From positions 5,728,001 through 5,792,000 of the forward strand of contig OZ244587.1 of NCBI GenBank assembly GCA_965218095.1: DNA of 64,000 bases, read 5' to 3'. The translations under genes and the position numbers were made by a program. The notes under the pieces are model-generated. The model saw only the letters and a program-made list of their open reading frames with translations, was not told where the DNA came from and searched no databases. Source of the stretch: Candidatus Poribacteria bacterium. Lineage in GTDB: Bacteria > Poribacteria > WGA-4E > PCPOR2b. Below are positions 50,507-61,084 of this stretch, piece after piece; within the stretch, counting starts at the first letter, position 1; every line of letters starts with the position of its first letter.

Positions 50507-51130
50507 ATGCAAAACTGCTTTGTTAGTCTCATGATTACTTTGACTTTGTGTGTCCTCTTGATTAGTTGTGGCGCGCCACCCCAGAAACAAATAAGGTATA
50601 TCCCGAGCACGACATCTTCACCATCCCCTGAACCGTCATCACCTACTTCCCGTGCTTCGGAGACGGCGTCGTTACCCTCTGATGCCGCAATTGATTTCAC
50701 ACGGCTACCGCTTCTTAAACTTATCTTTCGAACTCCACTCAACACCAATCAAATCGATGATCTCTACGCAACGACAAAAAGAGAAATTCGCCATCTAAAT
50801 CTTGTGTCCAATTGCGATCTGGACGTACTGAAAGGATTTGTTGCAGCAGGTTGGGCGCCGGTTGTGCTATTGCGTTGGAATAAGCAGCGCTTGTGGACGG
50901 TGGTGGGGTACGATGATGCAGCAGAACATATCCGTTTAGCAAACCCAGTGACTAGAGACTCAAGGCGCATTTCCTACTCCGACTTCAGAAAGGCGTGGAC
51001 CCTATCCGCCGGAAAATGTCTCCTTTTCGATTCCACACCCGGGGAGCTCACTGAGGCAAAAGTACAGTCGGTTCTGAAGATATATCTTCCCACGCCCCAT
51101 GTATCTCAAGTCAAAGTTAGAAGTCGATAA
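50507..51130 (+). CDS. Lipoprotein with peptidase C39-like C-terminal half
   Basis: SD aaggag; LLISC lipobox; G.APVVLL...TVVGYDD.....LANP....ISYSDFRKAW. Confidence 0.6.
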   Translation: MQNCFVSLMITLTLCVLLISCGAPPQKQIRYIPSTTSSPSPEPSSPTSRASETASLPSDAAIDFTRLPLLKLIFRTPLNTNQIDDLYATTKREIRHLNLVSNCDLDVLKGFVAAGWAPVVLLRWNKQRLWTVVGYDDAAEHIRLANPVTRDSRRISYSDFRKAWTLSAGKCLLFDSTPGELTEAKVQSVLKIYLPTPHVSQVKVRSR

Positions 51131-51788
51131 TCTGGGGTTTGATACGACTGTTTTCACCTGGGGCTCTAGAGGTTTTGCAGTTCAAAAGAAAAAGTCCAGG
51201 TCCTGCTTAAAGACGACACGAGTCATTAGTTTTGCGCTTTTTGAAGAATGTATAATAGTCAGGAGGATGCTTGACACTGCTCCCGATGGATTGGCAAATC
51301 CATTAGCTATGGCGTGGATTTGTCCATGGCTCGCTTCCCATCCATCGGGGCTACGCCGATCGGAGTGTCATCATCGTGTTGACCACTACAGCTTTTTGAA
51401 GCATGAAAGCTCAAGGGGTAATCCATGAAGAATCTCCGGTGTTAAATAATAGAAAAACATCGGAGACACTTACATGGAAGCTTTTGCCCGGTTTGTCCAT
51501 TGAGCGAAGCCGAGATATAGTAGACATTATAACGATTTGGCATACATATCTGGACATGATAACTTGGAAGATAAATCATCGATTTCTAGGGTGTGCAGAT
51601 GACCAACTACGTTCAATTATTGAGATACCCCAGAAGATTCCTGTCGATGCCAAGATATACCGTTGAAGAATTTGAGCATTTTCATCAAGCCCGTTTCCCA
51701 GTCGAAAATTCCAAACGTCCTAATTTTCAGTCGCGTGTTACCAAATCAGATAAGTGTTACATTTTTGAGAGGAAAGGAGGAACAGCAG

Positions 51789-52754
51789 ATGCAACGGAAA
51801 TACAATCTCGCATATTTCGTGTTAGCTAGGGTTGTAGTCTTGGGTCTGACGACGCTAATGATGGGCGTTGACGCACATGCACAGATTGCCTTCGTGTCTG
51901 AGAGGGATGGGAACCTTGAAATCTACGTGATGGAGGCGGATGGGCAGAATCCTCAAAGGCTCACAGACAGTCCCGCGGATGAATGGACGCCCTCATGGTC
52001 TCCTGGCGGTGAACGCATTGTCTTCGATTCCAATAGGGATGAAAACTGGGAAGTCTACGTGATGGAGGCGGATGGGCAGAATCCTCAAAGGCTCACAGAC
52101 AATCCCGCGTATGACTGTTGTCCCTCATGGTCACCTGACGGTGAACGCATTGCCTTCGTGTCTAAGAGAGATGGGAACCGTGAAATCTACGTGATGGACG
52201 CCGATGGGGGTAATCCTCAAAGGCTCACAGACAATAATCCCTGGTTTAACAGTTCTCCCTCATGGTCACCTGACGGTGAACGCATTGTCTTCGCGTCCCT
52301 TAGAGATAAAAACTGGGAAATCTACGTGATGGAGGCGGATGGTCGAAATCCTCGAAACCTCACCAAAAATCTCGCGCTTGACTGGGCTCCCTCATGGTCT
52401 CCTAATGGTAGACGCATTGCCTTCGTGTCTGAGAGAGATGGGAACTATGAAATCTACGTGATGGAGGCGGATGGTCGAAATCCTCGAAACCTCACCAAAA
52501 ATCGTCATGATGACGGTTCACCCTCATGGTCTCCTAATGGTAGACGCATTGTCTTCTGTTCCAATAGGTCTGTTCCAATAAGGGATGGAAACGAAGAAAT
52601 CTACGTGATGAACGCCAATGGCGGGAATCCTCGAAACCTCACCAAAAGTCCTTTAGCGGACTATCATCCTGCGTGGTTTCGCCCTCCTTTTGCGGTTTCT
52701 TCCGCAGGCAAGAAACTCACGATGTGGGGGTGGCTCAAACAGGTCGTCCGATAA
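51789..52754 (+). CDS. TolB-like PD40 repeat secreted protein with C-terminal KLTMWG motif
   Basis: SD aaggagg; AHA-Q signal; five PSWSP.G.RI.F.S repeats with (E/V)YVM.ADG spacers; ends AVSSAGKKLTMWGWLKQVVR. Confidence 0.9.
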   Translation: MQRKYNLAYFVLARVVVLGLTTLMMGVDAHAQIAFVSERDGNLEIYVMEADGQNPQRLTDSPADEWTPSWSPGGERIVFDSNRDENWEVYVMEADGQNPQRLTDNPAYDCCPSWSPDGERIAFVSKRDGNREIYVMDADGGNPQRLTDNNPWFNSSPSWSPDGERIVFASLRDKNWEIYVMEADGRNPRNLTKNLALDWAPSWSPNGRRIAFVSERDGNYEIYVMEADGRNPRNLTKNRHDDGSPSWSPNGRRIVFCSNRSVPIRDGNEEIYVMNANGGNPRNLTKSPLADYHPAWFRPPFAVSSAGKKLTMWGWLKQVVR

Positions 52755-52964
52755 CTGCTATTATTGAGAAAACCGGGACCGAGATAAGGGTGACTGAAGG
52801 TGGGGGGAAGGTTTACCGCTGACGATTTTGAAATGTCCCTACCCGCACAGTGACCTTCAAGGCTGGCAAAAACAGCCGCCTCGCCAAGTGCCGCAATGAG
52901 GGAGGGCATTGGGGCTTCTATTTTAACGGAGGAAATCAACATGAATTTAACGGAGGAAATCAAC

Positions 52965-55184
52965 ATGAAGACCGTATTCACCGCATTGCGCATTTTCATT
53001 GTAACCCTTGGTATCACCACATCCCCAGTCTGGCTCGTCAATCCGGCATTGAGTTTGGATGGAGATTCTGTTAAGGTTCCTGCCTTCACCGATGTGGGCC
53101 AAAGTGCGGGGGTGGCTGACCCGGGCTGGGGGAGGGGTGTCGCCTTTGGGGACTACGACAACGATGGCGACCTTGACATCTACCTGACGAATGGCCGCCA
53201 CCGCAGCACGGACCGGCTGTATCGGAACAACGGGGACGGAACCTTCACCGACGTGGGCCAAAGTGCGGGGGTGGCTGACCCGGGCTGGGGGAGGGGTATC
53301 GCCTTTGGGGACTGCGATAACGATGGCGACCTTGATATCTACTTGGTAAACATGGGTGAGAACCGGCTGTATCGGAACAACGGGGACGGAACCTTCACCG
53401 ACGTGGCTGCCAGTGCAGGGGTGGACGACAACACTGCCAGTGCGGAGATGCACGACAGCGGGGTTGGGGGAGTTATCGCCTTCGGGGACTACGACCAGGA
53501 TGGCGATCTTGATATCTACCTGGCACCCGAGGGCATGAACCGGCTGTACCGCAACAACGGGGATGGGAGCTTCATCGACGTGGGCCAAAGCGCAGGCGTG
53601 GCTGACACAGGGGACGGGAATGGCGTCGCCTTTGGGGACCACGATAACGATGGCGACCTCGACATCTACCTGGCCAACAACCGCGGTGGCCCAAACCGCC
53701 TGTATCGGAACAATGGGGATGGGAGCTTCATCGACGTGGGCCAAAGCGCAGGGGTAGCTGATACGGGGTGGGGTCAAGGCATTGCCTTTGGGGACTACGA
53801 TAACGATGGCGACCTTGACATCTACCTGGCCAACACCAGCGGTGGCCCAAACCGCCTATACCGGAACAACAGGGATGGGACGTTCACTGACGTGGCCGCC
53901 ATGGTGGGGGTGGCTGACACTGGGAATGGAAATGGCGTCGCCTTTGGGGACTACGATAACGATGGCGACCTTGACATCTACCTGGTCAACGCCGGCCTCC
54001 AACCGAACCGTCTGTATCGGAACAACGGGGATGGGAGCTTCACCGACGTGGGCCAAAGCGTAGGCGTAGCTGACACAGGAGGCGGGAATGGCGTCGCCTT
54101 TGGGGACTACGATAACGATGGCGACCTCGACATCTACGTGGTCAACGGTGGCTACTTCCAACTGTCCAACAACCGCCTGTATCAGAACAATCAGAATGAC
54201 CCAAACTTCCTCTTCGTTCGTCCGCTTGATGCTCAGGGGCGATTCAATCGTCACGGAGCGGTGGTCCGCGTTTTTGAAGCCGGCACGGGCGCGTTGGTTG
54301 GAATGAGAACCATTGATTCAGGCAGCAGCATGGCTTCCCAAAACGCTTATGATGCCCACTTTGGGCTTCCCTCTACCGGCACTTACGATATCGAAGTAAC
54401 TTTCCCCGGCGGCATCGTGCAGACGCTAACCGATGTCCCCGCGAACCAACGGCTTACCGTAACTGAAGGGATGATCGCCCCTATCGGCCTTAAGGACAAG
54501 ATTGCCAATCCCGGCGCCCCATTTTCCATGAACATTTCGGTCAGGTTATCAGAAGCCCTCCACCACTTCAGCTTCGACCTCAAATTCGACCCCTCTGTTC
54601 TACAGGCTGTGAGCGTTAAAGAGGGGCCCCTCTTAAGTCGTGATGGCGCCGATGCCACCTCGTGGGAGGAACCTCAACTAGACAATAACAACGGCGTCAT
54701 AACCAACATCCAATGTCGTCGAATGGGAATCGACGGTATTGCAGAGAGCGTGGGAGTTCTCGCCGTTGTGAATTTCAAAGCCATCAAAATGGGCCACAGC
54801 AACATCAGCGTCCAAAACCGCCGTCTTTTAACGCCAAGTGGGGAGGAAATCGACGCCCCAGTGCGAGCCGGTTCAGTGGCTATCTTTCCCCACGGCAGCA
54901 TCTCTGGTGTCGTCATTGACGCTGAGAAACAAATTCCTCTCTCAGGAGCCAAAATCGAAGCCTCAAAAGATGGCTTTTTCTTCGGGCTTTCCACGTATTC
55001 AGACGACGAGGGAAAGTATACTCTGGAGGGCGTTCCTATCGGGGATTTGGACGTGACAGCCTTCAAATTCCCCTACCTCCAAACAACAACCGAGACCCAT
55101 GTGAAGCGAGGGGAAATGACGTCCAACCTCGATTTTGGCATGAAGCCCCTCCTCTCCAGTGACGCGCAAGATTGGCAAAAATAG
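52965..55184 (+). CDS. FG-GAP/VCBS repeat + ASPIC/UnbV-like + cohesin + carboxypeptidase-regulatory-like secreted protein
   Basis: Seven FGD.D.DGDLDIY...RLY.NN repeats; SQNAYDAHFGL; FSFDLKFDPSVLQAVSVKEG cohesin; GSISGVVID...GKYTLEGVP. Confidence 0.88.
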   Translation: MKTVFTALRIFIVTLGITTSPVWLVNPALSLDGDSVKVPAFTDVGQSAGVADPGWGRGVAFGDYDNDGDLDIYLTNGRHRSTDRLYRNNGDGTFTDVGQSAGVADPGWGRGIAFGDCDNDGDLDIYLVNMGENRLYRNNGDGTFTDVAASAGVDDNTASAEMHDSGVGGVIAFGDYDQDGDLDIYLAPEGMNRLYRNNGDGSFIDVGQSAGVADTGDGNGVAFGDHDNDGDLDIYLANNRGGPNRLYRNNGDGSFIDVGQSAGVADTGWGQGIAFGDYDNDGDLDIYLANTSGGPNRLYRNNRDGTFTDVAAMVGVADTGNGNGVAFGDYDNDGDLDIYLVNAGLQPNRLYRNNGDGSFTDVGQSVGVADTGGGNGVAFGDYDNDGDLDIYVVNGGYFQLSNNRLYQNNQNDPNFLFVRPLDAQGRFNRHGAVVRVFEAGTGALVGMRTIDSGSSMASQNAYDAHFGLPSTGTYDIEVTFPGGIVQTLTDVPANQRLTVTEGMIAPIGLKDKIANPGAPFSMNISVRLSEALHHFSFDLKFDPSVLQAVSVKEGPLLSRDGADATSWEEPQLDNNNGVITNIQCRRMGIDGIAESVGVLAVVNFKAIKMGHSNISVQNRRLLTPSGEEIDAPVRAGSVAIFPHGSISGVVIDAEKQIPLSGAKIEASKDGFFFGLSTYSDDEGKYTLEGVPIGDLDVTAFKFPYLQTTTETHVKRGEMTSNLDFGMKPLLSSDAQDWQK

Positions 55185-55486
55185 ACAGATGCTGATACCT
55201 CATCGCTTGTGCCGGAATTCAAACTCGACTATTGTGATTTTGTGATTTGACATATCTGCCTCACAAATGGTATCATCAGTTCAAGGTTGCGCTCCGGCTG
55301 TCAATCGACACACGATTCCCGTGATGCTTCATGCCGGTAAAAACAGCATTCTCGCCAAAATCAGCGGGCGACAGTGGGAACGGGGGTTCTACTTGTGGCT
55401 GACCAATATGGACGGCATCCCATTTGAGGATTTGGCGTTTATAAGTTCACTGTCGATTCAAAAGTCGGTGGAAAAATGAGGTTACT

Positions 55487-56356
55487 ATGCGAGAGTATTT
55501 GCGGATTCTTGAACAAATTCCGATTGAATTGAGAGAACCGATAGCAGAGTTAGTGGAGGTTATTGAAAATCGACTCCGTTCTGAATTTAGCGTTACTCGT
55601 CAGGATTTTAATCGTTTGGAGAACGTTGTCGCCGAACTGGCTCAAATGCAGAAGGAAACCCGAGTCGAACTGACAGAGATCGCCCAAGCGCAAAAGCGAA
55701 CCGACCAGACAATGGCGGAACTCGCTCAAGCGCAGAAAGAAACTCGAGCCGAACGGAACGAGTTAGTTCAAGCACAAAAGCGAACCGACCAGGCAATGGC
55801 GGAACTCGCTCAAGCGCAGAAAGAAACTCGAGCCGAACGGAACGAGTTAGTTCAAGCGCAAAAGCGAACCAACCAGGCAATGGCGGAACTCGCTCAAGCG
55901 CAGAAGCGAACCGAAGAGCAGGTTGCTAGATGGGCTCAAGAACAACAAAGCTTTAGGCGGACTTTCGACTCACAAATCGGTGGGCTTGGTGCCCGCTGGG
56001 GCGTTCAAACTGAGGCTTCATTCCGTAACGCAATGGACAATATTTTGGAAGACCTCGGCTTCCGAGTTGAGCAATACCTCGAGCGAGACTTAGGGGGGAA
56101 GGTACATGGACATCCCGATCAGGTCGAACTGGACGTTGTGATCCAGGATGGAAAACTGATCGTCATTGAGATTAAATCCTCAATGAGCAAATCGGATGTC
56201 TATATATTTGAGCGGAAGGTCGAGTTTTACATAGAAACGGAGGACAGAACCGTCGATCGCAAATTGATCGTCTCTCCATTTGTTGATACCGGTGTAATGA
56301 TTGTCGCTGACAAACTTGGAATAGAGGTTTTTACAGATATTAACGAAGTTTCATAA
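55487..56356 (+). CDS. Coiled-coil + PD-(D/E)XK nuclease-like protein (DUF3782/DUF1626-like)
   Basis: ELAQAQKRT heptads, LGARWG..TE..FR, ELDVVI...IVIEIKSS, RKLIVSPFVD; 84-bp tandem repeat at 55688-55910. Confidence 0.8.
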   Translation: MREYLRILEQIPIELREPIAELVEVIENRLRSEFSVTRQDFNRLENVVAELAQMQKETRVELTEIAQAQKRTDQTMAELAQAQKETRAERNELVQAQKRTDQAMAELAQAQKETRAERNELVQAQKRTNQAMAELAQAQKRTEEQVARWAQEQQSFRRTFDSQIGGLGARWGVQTEASFRNAMDNILEDLGFRVEQYLERDLGGKVHGHPDQVELDVVIQDGKLIVIEIKSSMSKSDVYIFERKVEFYIETEDRTVDRKLIVSPFVDTGVMIVADKLGIEVFTDINEVS

Positions 56357-56407
56357 GATGCAGCCCAATCTTTGATTGGTGTTCAAAATCAGAAAGGAGC
56401 CAAACAA

Positions 56408-57880
56408 ATGCCTGAAAAATTGATTCTCGAAAAGATTCGCAACGTGCGCCATCGTTTGAACATGCAAAGGGCGTTCCAAACGCTGGCAAGATTTCTATGT
56501 TACGGTGTGCTGGTATGTGTGCCTTTGTTTGTCGTCGATAGTTTCATCGCGACATTTGATATTTCTCCCCTCGTTCTACTCTGGGCCGTGCTGGGTATCT
56601 CAGCCATCGCGCTAACCGCGAGTGTGTTGTGCCCGATTAATCTCCATGAAGCCGCCCGGACAATTGACGTAAGGGCGTCGCTGAAAGATCGCGCTGTGAG
56701 TGGGCTGGAGTTTATTCAGCGGCAGACTGATGAGATGCTGACCGCGTTACAACTCAAAGACACCTCTGACTGCCTGCAATCAGTGGCCGCAAAGGAAGTT
56801 GTTCGCTATTCTATCCCGCGCGAAACCAAGTTTGTCGCGTTGATTATGGCCGTGGGGTTGGTGTTCTCGTACATCGAATTTTTCGCTCCGCCCGAAGCGC
56901 CGGCGACAATCGACTTCTCCCCGCAGATAGCCGCTGAAGCCGATCACCTGCTAAAACAGATTAAGGAATCCGAGAAGGCGGCCGAGGAGATTGGGCTGGA
57001 AGATACGGTAAAGGAGATCGAGGAGAAGGCGCTCAAACTGAAGCAGGCAGGGATTACGCCGAAAGACGCCCTCGCCAAGCTGACCGAAATGAGTGAGATG
57101 CTGTCAGCAAAAATGGATAGCGCAGGAGTTGCGAAGGTAGACGCACTCATGAAGGCACTTGGGGAACAGTTCGTCGCTAACCCTAACTTAGGCGACTTCG
57201 GCTATGCTTTGAAGGACGGAAAATACGAAAAGGCGGCAGAACGTTTGTTTCGGTTGTCCAGCAAACTCAAGAAACTCAATTCGGAGCAACGCCAAAACCT
57301 CGCTGACGCGCTCCAACGTGGTGGCTCGAGCGTGCAGGGAACGGAAATCGAATCGTTCGGAGACGAATTGACCAAAGCCGCAACAGCGTTGGCCCAAAAA
57401 GATCTAAAGGAAGCCGAAAAGCGTCTCCAAAAGGCATGCCAGAGTTTATTAGATTGCGCACGTACAAAGGAAGGCAACCGGCTGCTGGCAAAACTGCTTG
57501 CCCAATGCCAAACATCCAAGGCGGGGATCTGCAAGGCGTGCAACGGCAATGGCAAAAGCAATAGTCCAAGCAACAAGGCAGGAACCGGAACAGATCCCAA
57601 TCCATTCGGTGCTTTGACCAACCTTGACGCCTTCCGTCAATTGGAACGAATTACGGGCGTGCAAGGCACAGGGGAATCCACGGTCGAGATTACAGAAACG
57701 CCTGTTGCTGAAAACCCCGAAACTTCCACTGATGGACAAAGTACGGAAGACAGTTACAAGGAAGTCTATACCAAATACCACAAGCTCTCTGAGGATGCGC
57801 TTTCTCAAGAGCAGATCCCGTTGGGTTACAGATTCTACGTGAAGCGGTATTTTGAGTCCATCAAACCGAATGAGGAGTAG
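56408..57880 (+). CDS. Membrane-anchored coiled-coil protein typical of MoxR/vWA operons
   Basis: SD aaggag; three TM segments, helical body, C-terminal EQIPLGYRFYVKRYF. Confidence 0.75.
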   Translation: MPEKLILEKIRNVRHRLNMQRAFQTLARFLCYGVLVCVPLFVVDSFIATFDISPLVLLWAVLGISAIALTASVLCPINLHEAARTIDVRASLKDRAVSGLEFIQRQTDEMLTALQLKDTSDCLQSVAAKEVVRYSIPRETKFVALIMAVGLVFSYIEFFAPPEAPATIDFSPQIAAEADHLLKQIKESEKAAEEIGLEDTVKEIEEKALKLKQAGITPKDALAKLTEMSEMLSAKMDSAGVAKVDALMKALGEQFVANPNLGDFGYALKDGKYEKAAERLFRLSSKLKKLNSEQRQNLADALQRGGSSVQGTEIESFGDELTKAATALAQKDLKEAEKRLQKACQSLLDCARTKEGNRLLAKLLAQCQTSKAGICKACNGNGKSNSPSNKAGTGTDPNPFGALTNLDAFRQLERITGVQGTGESTVEITETPVAENPETSTDGQSTEDSYKEVYTKYHKLSEDALSQEQIPLGYRFYVKRYFESIKPNEE

Positions 57881-57946
57881 GAGGCGTGACAACGCGAAAC
57901 GTGATGTGTAACGGGAGTTCATTACGCTTTACGCTTTACGAGTCAA

Positions 57947-58933
57947 ATGTCGCCAGATCAACTTGAGGGTCAATACCACGAATTTCGTGACGCTTTCAAT
58001 CGTATCCAGCGCGAGGTCTCAAAGCAAATCGTTGGACAGCAGGAGATTATTGAGGGCGTGCTAATTTGCTTGATGACGGGCGGGCATGCGCTCTTAGAGG
58101 GCGTCCCCGGCTTAGGGAAAACACTGCTGATTTGGACACTCCACGAAGTGCTCGATCTGGGGTTCTCCCGAATACAGTTTACGCCAGATCTGATGCCCGC
58201 AGACATCATCGGCACCAACGTCGTTGCAGAGGACGAAAGCGGCCGTAAGTTCTTTGAATTCCAGCAGGGCCCTGTGTTTGCTAATCTGATTCTCGCCGAC
58301 GAGATTAACCGTGCGACGCCCAAAACACAGTCGGCTCTGCTCGAAGCCATGCAGGAAAAATCCGTGACGGTTGCAGGGACACATCACGAATTAGAGCGAC
58401 CGTTCTTCGTCATGGCAACGCAAAATCCGCTGGAGATGGAGGGAACCTATCCGCTCCCCGAAGCCCAACTCGACCGCTTCTTTTTCAAACTTAAGGTGGA
58501 GTATCCGAGCCTTGATGAGCTAGACTTGGTCATGGAACGCACGACGAAGCGGGAGATGCCCGTTGTCGAAAAGGTTTGTGATGGCGAGCAGATCAACGAT
58601 TTGGAGCAGATCGTGCGTGACATTCTCATCGCGGAAGATGTGCGCAGGTATGCCCTCCGCATCGTGTTAGGCACACATCCCGAATCGGAGGACGCGCCGG
58701 AACTCACGAAAAAGTACGTCCGCTACGGTTCAAGCCCTCGTGGCGCACAGGCGTTGATTTTGGCGGGAAAAGTCAAAGCCATCTTGGATGGGCGCTACAA
58801 CGTCGCACATGAGGACATCCAAGCCGCCGCGCTGCCGAGCCTGCGCCATCGCCTCATCCTCAACTTTGAAGGTGAGGCGGAGGGCATTGACCCTGATCAG
58901 ATTATTGGGCATCTGCTGGAGGTTGTTGAGTAG
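57947..58933 (+). CDS. moxR: MoxR-family AAA+ ATPase
   Basis: HALLEGVPGLGKT, RIQFTPDLMPAD, DEINRATPKTQSALLEAMQE, ATQNPLEMEGTYPLPEAQLDRF. Confidence 0.96.
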   Translation: MSPDQLEGQYHEFRDAFNRIQREVSKQIVGQQEIIEGVLICLMTGGHALLEGVPGLGKTLLIWTLHEVLDLGFSRIQFTPDLMPADIIGTNVVAEDESGRKFFEFQQGPVFANLILADEINRATPKTQSALLEAMQEKSVTVAGTHHELERPFFVMATQNPLEMEGTYPLPEAQLDRFFFKLKVEYPSLDELDLVMERTTKREMPVVEKVCDGEQINDLEQIVRDILIAEDVRRYALRIVLGTHPESEDAPELTKKYVRYGSSPRGAQALILAGKVKAILDGRYNVAHEDIQAAALPSLRHRLILNFEGEAEGIDPDQIIGHLLEVVE

Positions 58934-58978
58934 AGAGACACGATCAAGCCGATTAACAAATTAACACAGATTGGAGGA

Positions 58979-59971
58979 ATGAACATGACAAATCATGTCG
59001 TAGACGGTCTTCCTGATAATCCGGTATATACGACTGAATTGGGGCTGGCATACCTAGGTGATAGCCTTGAACTGATGAAATGCTTGCCGAGTGAAAGCGT
59101 AAATCTGGTTTTAACTTCCCCACCATTTGCCTTGACCAGTAAGAAGGAGTATGGCAACAAGGACGCTGGAGAGTATGTTGATTGGTTTCTTCCATTCGCC
59201 TCCGAGATCCGAAGAATCATCACTGAAGATGGTTCTTCGGATCTCGACCTTGGCGGGGCATACCTCCCAGGCCATCCGGTCAGAAGCATTTATCAATACG
59301 AACTATTAATCGCTTTAGTCCGGGAAATCGGATTTTACTTGGCTCAGGAATTTTTTCATTATAATCCAGCGAGATTACCTGCTCCCGCCGAGTGGGTCAA
59401 TGTAAGGCGAATCCGGGTAAAAGATTCGGTGAATGTGGTTTGGTGGTTGTCTAAAACTGAATATCCTAAAGCGAACAACCGAAACGTCCTCTGCCCCTAC
59501 ACCGAAGCCATGAAGCAGTTACTTAAGAAAGGCTATCGTCCTCAGAAGAGACCGAGTGGACATGATATAACCCACAAATTCAACCAAGATAATAACGGTT
59601 CAATCCCCCCGAATTTGTTAGAATTGGGTAATAATGATTCAAATAGTAACTACATGCGAGAATGTAAGAAAAACGGTATTAAACCGCATCCTGCACGATT
59701 TCCGCGAAAATTTCCTGAGTTCTTTATTAAATTTTTAACAGACACGGGAAACCTTGTTGTTGATCCTTTTGCCGGATCAAATACAACTGGATATGTGTCC
59801 GAATATCTAGAACGTCAATGGTTAGCGTTTGAAATCGAAGAAAGTTATATACGGGCAAGCCACTTTAGATTTGAACTAGATTTATACCATTATGATGTTG
59901 CGGATTATGATACGGACGTGGAACCTCAACTGAAATTATTCTCGGCAAGTGAAGACTATGGCGATTCTTAG
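58979..59971 (+). CDS. Site-specific DNA methyltransferase, beta class (N4-cytosine, M.PvuII-like)
   Basis: Motif IV TSPPF precedes HPARFP and motif [10 protein letters not shown]; [14 protein letters not shown]. Confidence 0.92.
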   Translation: MNMTNHVVDGLPDNPVYTTELGLAYLGDSLELMKCLPSESVNLVLTSPPFALTSKKEYGNKDAGEYVDWFLPFASEIRRIITEDGSSDLDLGGAYLPGHPVRSIYQYELLIALVREIGFYLAQEFFHYNPARLPAPAEWVNVRRIRVKDSVNVVWWLSKTEYPKANNRNVLCPYTEAMKQLLKKGYRPQKRPSGHDITHKFNQDNNGSIPPNLLELGNNDSNSNYMRECKKNGIKPHPARFPRKFPEFFIKFLTDTGNLVVDPFAGSNTTGYVSEYLERQWLAFEIEESYIRASHFRFELDLYHYDVADYDTDVEPQLKLFSASEDYGDS

Positions 59972-60944
59972 CAAAAAGGCACTTCTAAACCACATTGTGG
60001 GAGCTGTCCATGGATGTGATTGGAACGTTTTATATATCTCTACAGCACATCCGTTCAGGCTTAATGTCTTTCGGGATGACGTCAACTATCGAATCAAGAT
60101 CTATATTTGGAACTTGACACACGGAGGTGGTTCAGCAAGGCCAGGAGATGAATATAGAATACAAGTCAAGGTCAAAAAAGCTTTTGGCGAAGAAACTGGT
60201 TGGACAACGTTAATTTTGGGGTGGTGGGATGAAGTTGGTGTTTTCGCCGGTTTCGATCTTCGTAAGCATTATGGACTACCTGGATGGTCATCACCAATAC
60301 AGATAAAAGAGGAAGCCTTGCGACATGCCTACATCAACGGATTCGCGGCTTCAGATAAAGGTAATCAAGAAATCGCTATGGCGTTCCGACCTGATTTTTT
60401 TATCCATTATTTGCAAAATCTCCAACTATTACATGACTTCGGGCAATCACCAGAAGACTTGGAAACTTTGAACACAGTCTCTGAAAACCCCGAAATCAAC
60501 GAACAGGACATTCCAATTACAAATCCGGAACGAAAAACGGCAGTCATCACTCTAAAAAAGAAACTGCGGGATATTAGTTTCAGAAAACGGGTTTTGACAG
60601 CTTATAATTCGAGATGTGCCATCTGTGGCATTCAACTAAACTTGGTTGAAGCCGCCCATATCGTACCTGTCCAGGAAAGTGGTACTGAAGAAACTGCTAA
60701 CGGTTTAGCATTATACGCCCTTCACCACAAAGCCTACGATAGTTCAATAATTACTGTATTGGAAGACTATCGTGTCAAATTAAGTGATGCGAAGGTATTA
60801 CAGCTAAAGCAGAACGGTTTGGAAGATGGTTTGGAAGATTTTAAAAGCAACTTGCGTCCAATCATTCACTTACCCCCAGCCATATCCGATAGACCTCATA
60901 TTAAGTATATCAGGTTAGCCAACCGAATCCGTGCATGGAGTTGA
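59958..60944 (+). CDS. HNH endonuclease with uncharacterized N-terminal domain
   Basis: [19 protein letters not shown]-terminal domain; [15 protein letters not shown]...EAAHIVP...NGLAL(Y)ALHHKAYD; overlaps the MTase stop. Confidence 0.88.
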   Translation: MAILSKKALLNHIVGAVHGCDWNVLYISTAHPFRLNVFRDDVNYRIKIYIWNLTHGGGSARPGDEYRIQVKVKKAFGEETGWTTLILGWWDEVGVFAGFDLRKHYGLPGWSSPIQIKEEALRHAYINGFAASDKGNQEIAMAFRPDFFIHYLQNLQLLHDFGQSPEDLETLNTVSENPEINEQDIPITNPERKTAVITLKKKLRDISFRKRVLTAYNSRCAICGIQLNLVEAAHIVPVQESGTEETANGLALYALHHKAYDSSIITVLEDYRVKLSDAKVLQLKQNGLEDGLEDFKSNLRPIIHLPPAISDRPHIKYIRLANRIRAWS

Positions 60945-61084
60945 TGTTACCCGCGAAAGGATAGATTATCGGGAGAGGAATTGGGCAACGACGAACTAAG
61001 CACGTAAGTCCTAATCTGTTGGAGGTTGTTCAGTAGAAAACAGGTAAGGACATTACTAGAGCAAACCCGAAGGAGGGAAAGAAC

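Noticed and set aside
53080-54190. CRISPR-like or DGR-like repeats
   Set aside because: The repeats are in-frame coding units (FG-GAP here; also PD40, propeller and TPR elsewhere). No constant repeat/unique spacer structure, cas gene or RT was seen.
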